This document shows positions 1-12,968 of a stretch of 64,000 nucleotides of DNA, one piece after another (position 1 is the stretch's first letter; every line of letters begins with the position of its first letter). Source of the stretch: Eledone cirrhosa (Eukaryota); contig OZ024740.1 of assembly GCA_964016885.1 (NCBI GenBank), positions 238,638,001-238,702,000 on the forward strand. Direction: 5' to 3'. The notes under the pieces are model-generated. The model worked only from the letters and a program-made list of their open reading frames with translations. It had not been told where the DNA came from and searched no databases. The position numbers and the translations under genes are program-made.

Positions 1-253
1 CGCGGTTTCCATTGACTTCTAGTGCTCTGCACCTTTTTATGCAGCTGTATAACAAACACTTTATAACAAACAATTTTGTGTCATAAAACCAATGCCAGTT
101 TCATGTGATTTAACATCAAAAAGGTTAATTACATTTGTGTTTACTATTACTCGAGTTCTTACAGATGTACAAACTTTTTTATAGTACAGGGTTTAAATAG
201 AGCAGATGCATTTTAATGACGTGGTAGCTGTTTGAATTAAATATCTTATTTAA

Positions 254-474
254 TCCTTTAGCATTTAAACTGGCCGTATCCGGCCAGAATTCTCTCACCT
301 CTTTCTGTTCAAACTAGCTGTAACTGGCTGCTCATACTTATGTTAAGGTATTGTTCTCAAAATAAATAATATCAAAATCTCATAGATTCGATATTATGTG
401 AAATAATTATGCGAAGTAAAGTCTTTACCATGAAAATATCATAGTAAATATAGAGCAATGTAAATGCTAAAGGG
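254..474. mobile_element. piggyBac-like MITE
   Basis: TTAA|tcctttagcattta ... taaatgctaaaggg|TTAG terminal inverted repeats. A near-identical second copy lies at about 8991-9197. Confidence 0.65.
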
Positions 475-532
475 TTAGTTCAAAGTAATATCAATAATAT
501 ACTGAAGTTATAGCAATAGACCAGGCTACTTC

Positions 533-786
533 CAGTAGCGTGCAGAAGGGGGGTGGGGGTGACAGTGTGTTGGCCCCGGGTATCATTTGGGAAAAGAACT
601 TCATAAATTGGATTGATTTATATTAAAGTCGAATAAAGCATTTATTTCATGTTTCATCTGTGTTTACATATTCAAAATGTTTTCCTTTCTCATAATATTT
701 CTCAGTATATTAGACCTTATACTCGAGTCTTTGGGGCATACACTCAAGATTTGCCCTGGGCATCACCAGAGCTCTGCACGCTGCAG
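533..786. mobile_element. hAT-type MITE
   Basis: TIRs cagtagcgtgcaga / tctgcacgctgcag. 8-bp TSD gctacttc / gctgcttc (7 of 8 match). Confidence 0.7.
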
Positions 787-2389
787 GCTGCTTCCTTACA
801 AAAATTGGCAAGAAGCTTAAAAAGAAATCAATAGTATAGAAGGGGTAAGCACTTGCAAAAAAAAAAAAAAAATCTGGTTATGATTGGCTGTTATTTCACT
901 TCAATTTTCCACCAAAAATGTGAGACTGAATATCTATGTAAGAATTCTGTTATTGAAATTCTTCAGCATTATTTAACTTTCATTTTCCTTGTTAGCAAGG
1001 ATTGGACATGTCACCATAAAGAAAGTCAATATTTAATCAGAGCTAGGGAGCTGCATCTTGCTTACATATATTCTTGCACTTTACAGAATGCATTTCATTG
1101 TGGCAGCTGCACTAGGGAGCTTGTCATGTCTTGCTGCTATTTCTAGCAAGCCAAGCAACTTTTTCACTTTTATTTAAATGAATTTTCTTATAGACTCTCA
1201 CTACAATAATAACACTTAAAAGAGAAAACTTTCTATACTTAGAGAAGAATGGAAACCCAATATTGTGCACATATGTTTTTAACAATACACTAGGAAATTT
1301 TGAATTTAGCTCATGGATCCTCAGGGATCTAAAAAACTCCAGAACCTCTAAAACAGATAGAGACTCTTTTTAGTACTAAGGGAAAATTGCAAGTGTATAG
1401 GAACCTGTGGATGTGTATTTATGCTGAGAAAATGAATGAATCTTTAATTCTACAAATTCATAGGTATACAGCATATTAAACTCTAAACATCCTGAAATAA
1501 TTTAACAGAAAATATTTAAAAACAGATTTGTTAATTCAAATGTATATAGTGATTTTACTAGTGTGCAGATTATTGTAAGAATCTGCAGTAAACTAAAGTA
1601 AATATTTTAATGTTTAATGTTATACAATGCAGCAGTCATAATGTTGATGTGTACTTTCCAGGGATGTCTTGCTAATGTGGTTTTATGCAATATAAGATGT
1701 TAAGAGTTAAAGTACTGGTTTGGTTTGAAAACTTAAACCATTTATATTTTCTTTTTTCTTATCCTGTTTAAAAACTTCACCAGCAGGCAGTTTTAATTTT
1801 TAAAATGGATGAAATTTTGCCCACAGGTGAGGTGAAGAGTTTCTCACTCTTGACATTGAGGCTCTTTCACAGGCTTGTCTATTATTGAAATGTCTTCTGA
1901 ATGTAACAAATTAAAGTCAAGTACAATTTTAATTGTATCCTTTAATATACTATCAAGATTAACATTGTAGTTTTGTTTCATTAGCTGTTTTACAAGCTAG
2001 CATGTGTTGGGTAGATCTGCTATACTTTCAGTCTGGCATTTTCACATATTTGAGGCTGACAGTTTAAGATACAATTTCACAACTATTACTCCAAGTTTTC
2101 TTCTATCACTCATTACTGCCATCACCACACCTACCAACAACATCAACAAAATAAAGAAGGGAATCTCTTATAGCCACTGAACCTGTTAGAAATATTAGTG
2201 AAATTGCCTTAAATCACACCTTTTTATAAAGATGGACACAGCTAGTCTAGATATACAAAAGGCATTGGTCATAGCTGGAATATCTTTGATTACAGACCTG
2301 TTCAATCAGAGGTGATTTAGGGAACACCAACAAAAATTCTCTTCATTTAATCATTTAATATATATCATCTACCACTCACATTATATCCC

Positions 2390-2559
2390 TATGGTTATTA
2401 TATGTAAACATATATTATATGCTTTGTATAGGCCTATATTAATTCATCTAAAATATTGTTGATAATTATATTAATAAATATAATTGTCAACAATATTTTA
2501 GATAAATTAATATAGGCCTATATAAAGCATATACTATATGTTTACATACAATAACCATA
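2390..2559. repeat. 170-bp palindrome (83-bp arms, 4-nt loop)
   Basis: Arm 2390-2472 is the reverse complement of 2477-2559 with 5 mismatches. Confidence 0.9.
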
Positions 2560-2783
2560 CATACGTCTTACTTCGGATATTTTAAACAGTATACCTCAGT
2601 AGCTGGGTGAGAAAGCCATATACTAGTGTCTCAGGATTTTTGTCCTAATTCAGCGATGTTTACTCACTTGGTACTGGGGCAAAAACAAGCTACAGCTTAT
2701 ATAAATTGTGTGTATAAAATGTCTGCTGGCAATGCTAATTTGCATATAGTGTGAGCTTAACTAGTTGTCATTAATTAGAAGTA

Positions 2784-2847
2784 CGATAAAATAAAGTACC
2801 AGTAATACACTGGGATAATTGCTGGCCTTGTGTCAAAAGTAGAAACA
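2784..2847 (+). mobile_element. 5'-truncated SINE (family A) with TSD
   Basis: 3' part gataaaataaagtaccagtaatacactggg...agtagaaaca, flanked by the direct repeat attaattagaagta (2770-2783 and 2848-2861). Confidence 0.85.
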
Positions 2848-3144
2848 ATTAATTAGAAGTAGCACTCGCATAACGCAATTCTTAATAGAGGCATTTATGA
2901 AAGCATATACACTACGTTTATGTTTATAAATATACTTAAGTCTCACTATAAATTAAAATGTGAACTATTTTAAATTTGAGAGTATGGATCTAAGATATTG
3001 GTAATTATACTATCACTACTGGAGCATTGTGACAATGTTCAATATCTAAGTCTACTCAATTGTTGCTCTGAGTAATGGTAACATTAGCTTAATAGTTTGT
3101 TAACTTGCAAATACTAAATTCAATTCTTCACTTGATAAACTCTA

Positions 3145-4059
3145 TCTATATATATATATATAAAACTGAGGATGTCTGTCTGTGTGTGTGTGAGTTCGAA
3201 TCCCTAAAACTCGAGAACCACCAAACCGACTGTTTTCAAATTTTACACATGTAATACTTATGTTTCAGGGAGTGTTCTGAGCAAAACAATTTTAAAATTT
3301 TCAATGCCCTAGGGACCGCCTTAGGCGATTTAGCGATCTCGCTCTATAATTCTTAGTCTTTCTCTTTTTAGATAGATACATACATATAACGTCGCGCCCT
3401 TATAATATCTGTCTGTATGTCTGGCTGTCTGCATTACGTCACTTCCCTGAGGATGTCTGTCTGTGTGTGTATGTGAGTTTGAATCCCTAAAACTCGAGAA
3501 GTAGAGAAGTACCCAACCGATTTTTTTCAAACTTTACATGTGTATTACTTATGTTTCAGGGAGTTTTATGCACATAAAAATTCAACATTTCATCCTCTAG
3601 GGCCCGCATTGGGTGAAAAACTGAGTTTTTAAAGATTTTTAGGGGTTTTTTTGAAGCGTTACGTCAGACCGATTTCCTTGAAATTGTAACTATGTATTAG
3701 CCAGTCTCTTCTTCATACCGTAAGCAAAGAAAATCTAACCTTTTTATGGCCTAGGTGAAAAACTTCATTTTTTCAGCTTTTTAGGGCTTTTTGGAGGTGC
3801 TACTTCTAGCCGATTTTCCCGAAATTTCAAGGCATATTATGCACATAAAAAATATTCATTTTCTTGATCCACCAGGGCCCGCATTAGGTGAAAACCTGCA
3901 TTTTACCTGCTTCATCAAGGAAAATCTTAAAGATTATCCAGCCATCAGAGTATTCGGTTTATTTTCTTTACATATTGTCCAGGCATGCAGTTTTTAGGTC
4001 TATTGGCGGCTCGCGTTCCAAAATACCTTAGCCCGTGCAACGCCGGGTATCACTGCTAG
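3145..4059 (+). mobile_element. Non-autonomous Helitron
   Basis: 5' A|TC start in tctatatata. Subterminal hairpin gcccg-tgcaacgc-cgggt (4031-4048). 3' CTAG|T end. No TSD. A 5' module (ctgaggatgtctgtctgtgtg...gaatccctaaaactcgagaa) is duplicated at about 3165 and 3447. Confidence 0.8.
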
Positions 4060-6084
4060 TTTACAATAAATATTACAGCATTCTAACCAGTAAATACTTC
4101 TCTCTCATCTGCTAAATGTTACAGAAACAAGAACTGAGTGCTAGCTCTATGAATAATTGCAGTTTTGAAAAGATAGTTATTTTAAGTTTAACTCTTTTAT
4201 ATTGATCCACTGCCCCTGGTTTTATGATATGAAACTACCTGTTCTAAAGTGTTCATACTTATATTAAAAACCTTCCATCATAATTTTATGTAAGAACCCC
4301 TTGTTAAATGTTTCAAATATTGGCTTATAATGACACAAGGCCAGAAATTTTGGGGTGAGAGAAAAGTTGATTATATCAACCCCAATACTTGACTGGCACT
4401 TGATTTTATCAACCTTTGAAAGTTGAAAGGCAAAGTTGACCTCAATGAGATTTGAATGTAGAAAGTTGTAACTAAATACTTCAAAGTATTTTGTTTGATG
4501 CTTCTCAATACTGTAAATTCACTACTGTCACGGTTTATTAATGAAAAAGTTAAGCTATATTACTAAACTCCTCCAAATTCTTCATTATTTTCAAAATTAT
4601 TTGAAACATGGAATAAGTATTTCATTAAAAATATGGTAACAAAAGAGTAAAGTAACTAACTTTTATATATATATATGGATACTGTAAATACAAACGAAAG
4701 AGATAATGCAAGCAATGTCATTGTTTAGAAAAATATTATTACCTTTGATAATGATTTAAGCGCACGGACAGCATCACGTCGATCCTCCAACAGTGTTGAA
4801 GACTGAACTCTATCACAGAGTCTTTCAATCTGAAAATATAAAGGAAATCAATATTAGTGAGTATACAGGTCAAGAATATGATATCTACACTGTAAAGTGG
4901 TCATATAGATGTCACAATAAAAAGCACCCAGTACACACAGTAAATGTGGTTGGCATTAGGAAGGGCACCCAGATGTAGAAACCAACCTAAAATCAGTTCT
5001 GTATGAGCAAGACAGTCATCTGATCTGGCTTGTCTCACAAAAGGACAACTGTAAACCATGCTAGTGTGGAAAAATAGACATTAAACAGTGATGATGACAA
5101 TGATGAATGAGTGTATAGGTCAAAACTACAATCCAGCATTGAGTATTCTATGCTTTCTTTTATTCTTTTACTGGTTTCAGTCAGTAGATGGCAGCCTTGC
5201 TTGGGCACCACCTTAAATTGATTTAGATCACAGGTTCTCAACCCATTTAAGCCAAACGCCCCCTTTTGTCCCTCAAAATCACGACCCCCCCCCCCCCCCC
5301 CCCCCCGCCAACCTATTTTTCCATTTTTCAATATACTACTGATTTTTATATCAGTAGATTACTAAAAAATTGATTAACAATATTCCAAAGATGTATTATC
5401 TGATTATGTGTTGTATGTGGTCCTAGATGTGTGTGCTACTCGCTTCTGTTTTTTCTTTTCTTTTTTTTATTTGTAATATTATTTATACAATAGGGAATAA
5501 ATTAGATCTACATAGTGCTAACTCGTTGCGGTTGAGTCAATAATTTCAGACATGAAATACATTGTTATCGGTGAAGGAAAGATAAGATTCTAACTGGCTG
5601 CGCTCAAAGTGTCCTTGACCCAGTTGACTGTGGGTTTTTCCATTTTTAGGATCTCAATTACCGGACTCACCTGCTCACAGCTGCAGTCAGACTATAGTTA
5701 TGCTGTCTGCAAGCTCATTCAAATGCATTCACACTGGCTGTCTCAAAGACATACAAATATGGCTTATAAAACTTACCAAAATAAAGAAGATTACGAGTTC
5801 GTCTCGCTGTGGTCACAGTAAGTCTTTTTCATTTAACCCATGCTAGCACAGAGAAATGGACACAGTGATGGTGATGATGATGATGATGATGATGACTTGT
5901 CTAAGGAGCCATGCAGTGTGATTGAGACTAAGTATAGAGGTCACAACTACAATAAGTATACAGATCAACATAACAATACAGGACCTACTTGATCAGGATC
6001 CATTTTGCAGATGATCAAACAGCATCATCTGTGTTGACTAAATAAACCATGTACTATGCAAATCCATTAATTAATTGAATTGAC

Positions 6085-6685
6085 ATGCTCTGAAACAGAT
6101 GTTCAAGTATCTTGGGGCCCGTGTTCAGGAATGATGGAATTAAGTGCAAGAATTGCAAGAGCTGGTGCAGTAATGTGCCAGCTTCAGCAATTGGTACGGA
6201 GGTAGGTGTAAAAGCCAAACTTGCTATATTCAATTCAGTATTCGTGCCTACTCTTACCTATGGTCATGAATCTTGGATAATGACCGAAAGAATACAATTG
6301 CAAATATATATGGCCAAAATGGAGGTTCCTCCGAAGAGTCTTTGGAGTAACATTACTGAATAGAGTGCATAACTCGGAGATCAGAGAGTCACTCCAGGTA
6401 GAGCTAGCTGCAACCTCTCTGAATTGAGAAAATACAACTAATACTATGGGCATGTGGTTAGAATAACTCAGGAAAGAATCACTGGACAGATTTTACAAGC
6501 AAAACCAACTGGTAGGATAGCCAGGGTTAGACTCTGAGCAAGATGGTTGGATAACATCCATGAGCTTGGTTGGTCTCATTTGGAGATCCAGCCGGGTCAG
6601 TTGGAAACAGTTGCTTCTGACAGGACCCGCAGGAAGGAGTGTTTGAGGACTCTCAAGAATAAGTAGGTGGAAAAGGAGAAGATGC
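6085..6685 (+). mobile_element. RTE-clade LINE 3' fragment (Rex3/Expander-like)
   Basis: KAKLAIFNSVFVPTLTYGHESWIMTERIQ motif, with frameshifts. Same family at about 23460-24080, 26695-27000 and 35175-35355. Confidence 0.8.
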
Positions 6686-7008
6686 TTTGACTGCTGAGTA
6701 TGAAAGTAGTGAGACAGTACTGATAATTAGAAATGTACTAAAATATTATTAACTAATCTCAGTCATGTTGGCACTTGTCTTTATTTCTGAAGTTTTGAGA
6801 TTGACCCTATAGGTGAGATTAAGGAGACTCTTCCATATAATATTCCTTTGAAATCAATAGCAATCCTGTATTTATCTCCTTTCTCTACCTCACTTTGATT
6901 CTTCTCCACAAAATCTCTGGTGGTGGCTTACTATTATAATGACTAGAATCACTGCAGAGCAGTACATGCTTTATAGTTGTATGTGTATTTGTGTGTGAGT
7001 ATATATAT

Positions 7009-8540
7009 ATCATCATCATCATCGTTTAACGTCCATCTTCCATGCTAGCATGGGCTAGACGGTTTTGTTTCATTTGATGCAGGAATGGTTGGGAGACTGT
7101 GTCTTGCTCGTATGGAAGTGTCTCTGGCAGGTTTTTTTTACAGCTGGATGCCCTTCCTAACACCAACCACATTCATAGTGTGGAGCGTTGTGTCATCGAC
7201 ACAGTGGATGGAACGGAAAAGGGAGGACGGGGTAGGTGTGTAGGGTGGGGTGTACGTTAGGTTAAGAGGAGCCTACTGACTGTAGGTTTGTATGCAATGG
7301 CAGTCGGGTCTTCTGTACAACTGCATGGCACCAAAGATCTTGATCCAGTGACAGTCTTAGAGAGGTGTAAGTGAGCAAGGTCAGTTTTTATCACCTCATC
7401 CCAGGTTTTTCTTGGTCTACCCACTCTATAGCTTCCATCAATTTTCATTGCCCTGCACTTTTTTATACAGCTGTCGTCCTTCATATGCATCACATGGCCA
7501 TACCAACACAATCTCCTCTCCAGAACACAACATTTGATACCTCTTATGTTTAGTCTCTCTCTCGATTCATTTATGCTTCATAGTTCGTGCACATTACTAT
7601 TACACATCCATCAGAGCATGCAAGCTTCATTTCTTTCTAATCTACGCAGGTCTTCAGCACACAACGTCCAGGTCTCTCAACCATGTAATATCGCTGTTCG
7701 TATACAAGCATCATACAATCTGCCTTTTACTTTTAGAGAAAAACCCCTTGTGACCAACAGCGGTATTAGCTCTGAACTTTTTCCATCCCACTCTAACTCT
7801 GGCTACTACACTTTCAGAGCACCCTCCTCTACTGCTGATTTTGTCACCAACGGAAAGTGTCTACTATTTCTATAGAACCATCTGGGCAGCTGAAGAAAAT
7901 AGCATCCAGTGGGTCCTTGCAACTTACTGCACCTGAGCATTGGCTATATATAAAATCTACATTCTTAGATAGCTTACCTGTGATCCCACTACATATTTTA
8001 TGTATCCATAGTTTGCATTTGGGACATAGAATGGAATTTCTACTTACTCCTTTCTTACACACTGAGCATGGCCATTTCCCAGAGGGCACCTGTGCCCTAT
8101 TCTCCTTTCTACATACTAGAACTTTAGTCTTAGACAAGTTGACTAAGGCTTTTTGATTCTAGGCCATGCTTCCATGTTTGGAACTTCTCTAGTTCAGCCA
8201 TGGATTCAGCTATGAGAGTTAGATCATCTGCATATAGAAATTCCTATGGGTTGCCAGTCTTAAACCCTTCTGTTATAGCCAGGAAGGGCCTAAGGATGGA
8301 GCCTTGGTGAACTCCTATTATTACACTAAATTCATCACTATATTCATTGTTAATTCTAACCTTGCTGACTTTTCCTCTATACATGGCTTCTGTAGCTCTC
8401 ACAAGCCATTCTTCCATTCCTAGTTTTCTAAGAGCCCACCAGATTAAGGTGTGTGGGACTTTGTCAAAGGCATTCTCCAGGTCAACACAAGCTAAGTAGA
8501 AGGGTTTACTGTTAGCTAGGTACTTCTGTAGTTGCTTTCC
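7009..8540 (-). mobile_element. RTE LINE 3' part (RT, Cys/His finger, (GAT)n tail), degenerate
   Basis: ORF pieces DLENAFDKVP...GVHQGSIL, WPCSVCKKGV..CPKCKLWIHKICSG and WYGHVMHM...GRPRKTWDEVI. 3' tail ggacgttaaacgatgatgatg. Confidence 0.9.
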
Positions 8541-8990
8541 ATGGTAGCAAGAATTGGATAGGTTGTTGCAGACTAAGTCTGTACCAAAACAAATGAGCTG
8601 AGGGCCCACATCTTGCTTACTTATGTTCCTGTGTTCCATCTAGTGCTCAGATGGCCAGGAGCCTGCAACATGTTTATATTTGTTCCTGTACTTCAAGTAC
8701 TCGGACAAGTCAGCGGCCTGTATCTCACATACATTCCCAATTTCTACTGGATGCATTTTAATTAAAGCATTAGCACTAGGGAGGTTGTCATGTATTTGAC
8801 ACAGCTAAAGAGTCCTCCCAACTATTTCTTTGTCAAGTTTTCTATGGCTGGATGCCCTTCCTATCACTTATATATACTGATGGTGAGTTTCGTATATAGA
8901 GCATGTATTAAAATAGATCTCAGTGCATGATGTGTAAATATGTGGAATCAATAGCACACCAGCTGAGTATAGATGGAACACTTTAAAGTG

Positions 8991-9197
8991 TTAGCATTTA
9001 AACTGGCCATATCTGGCCAGAATTCTCTCACCTCTTTCTGTTCAAACTGGCTGTAACCGGCCATTCATACTGATGTTAAGGTATTGTTCTCAAAGTTAAT
9101 ATCAAAATCTCATAAATTTGATACTATGTGAGATAATTATGTGAGGTAAAGCATTTACCATGAAAATATAATAGTAAATATAGAGTAATGTAAAGGG
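8991..9197. mobile_element. Second copy of the piggyBac-like MITE
   Basis: Matches 257-474 and ends taaaggg|TTAA. Confidence 0.65.
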
Positions 9198-10181
9198 TTA
9201 AGCTGCAGAGCATTGGCAAACCACTTCTGATCTAATATCTAGTAGCTATTTATAAATATCAAATTTCTGTAACCATCTTTAGATAGAGAAACTGATAATT
9301 TAGGGAACACTTGGAGGAATTTTGAAGAAGGATCTGATAAGTCACAAGCCTATGGACTGTACTTGTATTACTACAACAGTTTCTGTGCTTTTGAATTAAT
9401 AACATTTGTACCACCTCTGTACAAGCCCACTTGATACATCCACCTTTCTTCTCATATTCCCTACTCCACTCAACAAACTTCACACTAAACACTGCTTCAT
9501 CCTTTCTAACTAGAACTAAGGCTGTCTGTTTTCTCTGTATCAACTACATCAATAAAGAAGGACAAATATTATGAAGACCACTTCTCCTTAGATTAATTAA
9601 TAATCTTTTTTTTTAATGATTGGGAAAATACAAGATTGAAATACAGATTGAAAGTTTAATTTCTTTGATAGCATCAAAATTCCTTTCTCCTCGCAACAAA
9701 CAAAATCTATTTTATGAATTTTAATAACTAAACTATTTAGAATGTTTAAAAGATATTTAGAAAAAAAAATTAATAAGAAATAAACGTTTTAAATAAAGCT
9801 TTTGAATTTTTGCTGATCATCCCAATTGAAATGTAAAGATAATTAAGAAAAATGCCAATAACATAGGTGTTGAATTCTAAAGGAAGCCAAATTAAAAAGT
9901 TCCAAGACAAATTCTTATAGTTTGTTGCAGGAAAATGTCTAAAAAAAGAAAAGAAAAACCAAACAAAAATTCCTTAGATACCAAGTCCACTACATAGAAA
10001 ATTTAAGCAGAAAATTGCTGAGATGCGAAGTATTGATCAAACCAATGCTTAACTAACATACACACACATATATATATACATGCAAGATGAATTGAAGGGA
10101 GAAATCTTTGAACAAAGAAATTAGATTACATGACAAATATTAATAACTACAAATCTTAGAATTCCACACTGACATTGCAAT

Positions 10182-10387
10182 TAAAAATATTGTCTAGTTC
10201 TGGCAATTCTAGATGAATTGAGTTAGTGATAATATATTTAATGCAAGGAAGAAAAAACAAACAAAAACAAACAAAACAATTAGTATAGCTAAAAATATTG
10301 TCTAGTTCTGGCATTTCTAGATGAATTAAGTTAAGTGTTAACATATTTAATGCAAGGAAAAACAAAAACAAACAAAACAATTAGTAT
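10182..10387. repeat. Tandem duplication, 2 x about 105 bp
   Basis: aaaaatattgtctagttctggca.ttctagatgaatt...caaacaaaacaattagtat occurs twice. Confidence 0.85.
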
Positions 10388-10809
10388 TGCTAAGTCGAAC
10401 TTTCTCTATCTCTCTTTTTTATGCGTGTATATTTGTGTTTATCAATGACATTATATTTGTAATGTTCTTCTGAACGAATTGCGAGCAATTTATAATGTTA
10501 TTTACGCAGTTGTAAAGTTATTTATACAACTGTGAATAACATCTATCAACTTTATTGACATCAGCACATCTTTAGGCTTAGTATATGAAATAACTTTATA
10601 GCAAATCAAAGAAAAACAAACAAATCTGTTTCAGGTTATCTATATAGTATATCACGAACACAGTATGTGGCATTATCCTACAGGAATCATAGAAAACTAA
10701 TTTCTTATACAGAATTCCATGTTTTACCATTAACCATAACTGTTCTAAAAATAGTATTAAAAGAACTTTACAAATTTAAGGGAGATAATTTCATCATTAT
10801 ATTTATATA

Positions 10810-10994
10810 GGGCGATGGATTGGCAGTATCGGTAGAGGGTCGGACGCCATGCTTTCCAGCACAGTTACGTCCCTTTACGATCTGAGTTCAAATCCCGCCG
10901 AGGTTGACTTTGCCTTTCATCCTTACGGGGTCGATAAAATAAAGTACCAGTAATGCACTGGGTAATTGCTGGCCTTGTGCCTAAAGTAGAAACA
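10810..10994 (+). mobile_element. Full-length tRNA-derived SINE (family A)
   Basis: A-box-like tggcagtatcgg and B-box gagttcaaatcc. Central gcctttcatccttacggggtcgataaaataaagtaccag resembles the Deu/Nin-type SINE domain. (ATT) tail and TSD attatatttatat. An inverted truncated copy follows at about 11010-11088. Confidence 0.9.
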
Positions 10995-12968
10995 ATTATA
11001 TTTATATTTTAATTGTTTCTACTTTTGACACAAGGCCAGCAATTACTCAGTACATTACTGGTACTTTATTTTATCGACCCCGTAAGGATATTTGAATTAT
11101 CTTAAATTAGATATATCAGTTTAAAATTTTGACTAAAAATGATTACATAACGAGATGAAAAAATCAGATTAAGGACTCCCCCGCAAACAGAATATCATGG
11201 AAAAATAAATGTCGATCCGAGACAACATTGTTTTTTTATTTAAATATTCTAGAGTGCACTAAAGTGTATGGTACAGACGGATTATTTATTTCTAAATCTA
11301 TAGACTCAGTCACGCTCCGGAAATTTTTCAATATTATTAGTTCACATTGCCTAATAAGTACCTAATCTTTATAACGAAATTAGATCTTCTCAAAGTAATT
11401 CTAAAATGTGGTAGTTCTAAGGAGATCCAATAAGACCAAGTTTGTCTGGAGTTGTCACCGCACTTGTCTAAGATCAAACTCACTCCGTCACTGCATGTCT
11501 CTAGTTAAGAATGGTAAACGGCACTCAACTATATGTATAAATAAGCTTCCTGTTTTATTTATGTATTTTTATATTTTATATCGCAATTAGTTACTAGTTT
11601 TCAACGGACAAATCATTAGTTAACTGCATATTTGACTGCAAAGGAATGCCTGTAATTCGTTTTAGAAAAATCTCGATGGACTTCTTTTTAAAACACGGTT
11701 TTCTCGACGATGTTTATATGTGTGGTCGATAGGAGTTTCAGCAGTTTTTCTCCAATTTCTACTCACAAAATACTGGTCAACAAGACACTTGCCTAATGTG
11801 TCATGTTCCAGATTCGAATTCACTGTATGATACATTAAGCAAGAGTGTAGCGAGTCTTCTACCATAGCTTCGTACAGACTAGTACTTGGTGGGTAGAAAT
11901 TGATGGGGAAAACTTGCTGAAACTCATATCGACCACGGATATAAATATCGTCGAAATTATGGGTAGAGATTAATGGACAAAAACTTCTAAAACCCGTCGT
12001 ATATGTCTTTCGAGAATATATATATATAAATATATATGTATGTAACAGGTAAACAGAAATAAGAACACAATCGATACAGTATGTGGAAGGGATATATTAG
12101 GTTAACGCTTGATATAGCAGGAAGAGGGTCTTAACGTTTCGGACGCTAGTCTTTCATTAGAAGAAAGAATGAGAAATAAGATAGATTGAGGGGACGGACG
12201 GGTCAGAATTGGAAAAAAATGTCTTTAGATAAAAATAACAGGTACATTCATGTTGACACCTCTTGCAAGGGGTTTGTACAATCCTCAGTTCATCAGGAGT
12301 TTGAAACGGACGAATAAGTCATCGACTTTTAAAGTTCTTGTTGAGGTAGCATTAATATTAAAGGTATTATGTATCGTGTTGACAGTTGATAATTATGTTC
12401 AGTTTGTTTACATATACATGTACTATTGTAAGCGTATTGAAACGGATGTCGAAATAATAGAATGAATGTAAGTTAACCTTGGTCTTTTGTCATATTGAGA
12501 TTGAGTGTGTGTGTTTATACATAACTAAACATATGCAAGAAAACTTCCTTGATTTCAATATCATCTTAGGTTAAAATAAGGACTATTTAATTTGGTTTAT
12601 GTAAATATACCCGAATTAATGACGGGGTGGTCAAGGCTTAAATGCCTTCGATCTGTCAGATCAGAGCTGACTAAACAATAACTGGTATTTATTCGAACCA
12701 AAAGGAAACTTACACGTTGTTGCTCGACATGCTAGAAATAGGAGTTAAATATCCCTCAGAACACATTCCATCGTCCAAAGAAAGATGTATAAGATGACTT
12801 TCTACACAGACAAAAGGATGGAATGATCACAGTTAGGATGCCTTTGACCATACGCTTACTCGGTTCACAGTTGACCTAGGGCTAAATACCAACAACTGGA
12901 AGGAAGTTGCCATTAGCATGATTTGTACTCAAAACAGTGAAATACTGAAAAAGATATCTATCGTACAG

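Noticed and set aside
5285-5306. Poly-C tract (possible G-quadruplex on the minus strand), and poly-A at about 38367-38402
   Set aside because: Simple homopolymers with no further supporting context.
5649-5817. Possible plus-strand exon with AG/GT boundaries and an open frame
   Set aside because: The peptide resembles nothing recognisable, and it follows a hAT-like left end at about 5229, so it is probably transposon interior.
10810-10900. tRNA-like A/B boxes in SINE heads (also at 37118 and elsewhere)
   Set aside because: No cloverleaf. They are followed by SINE body and tail and occur in many copies with TSDs, so they are SINEs rather than tRNA genes.
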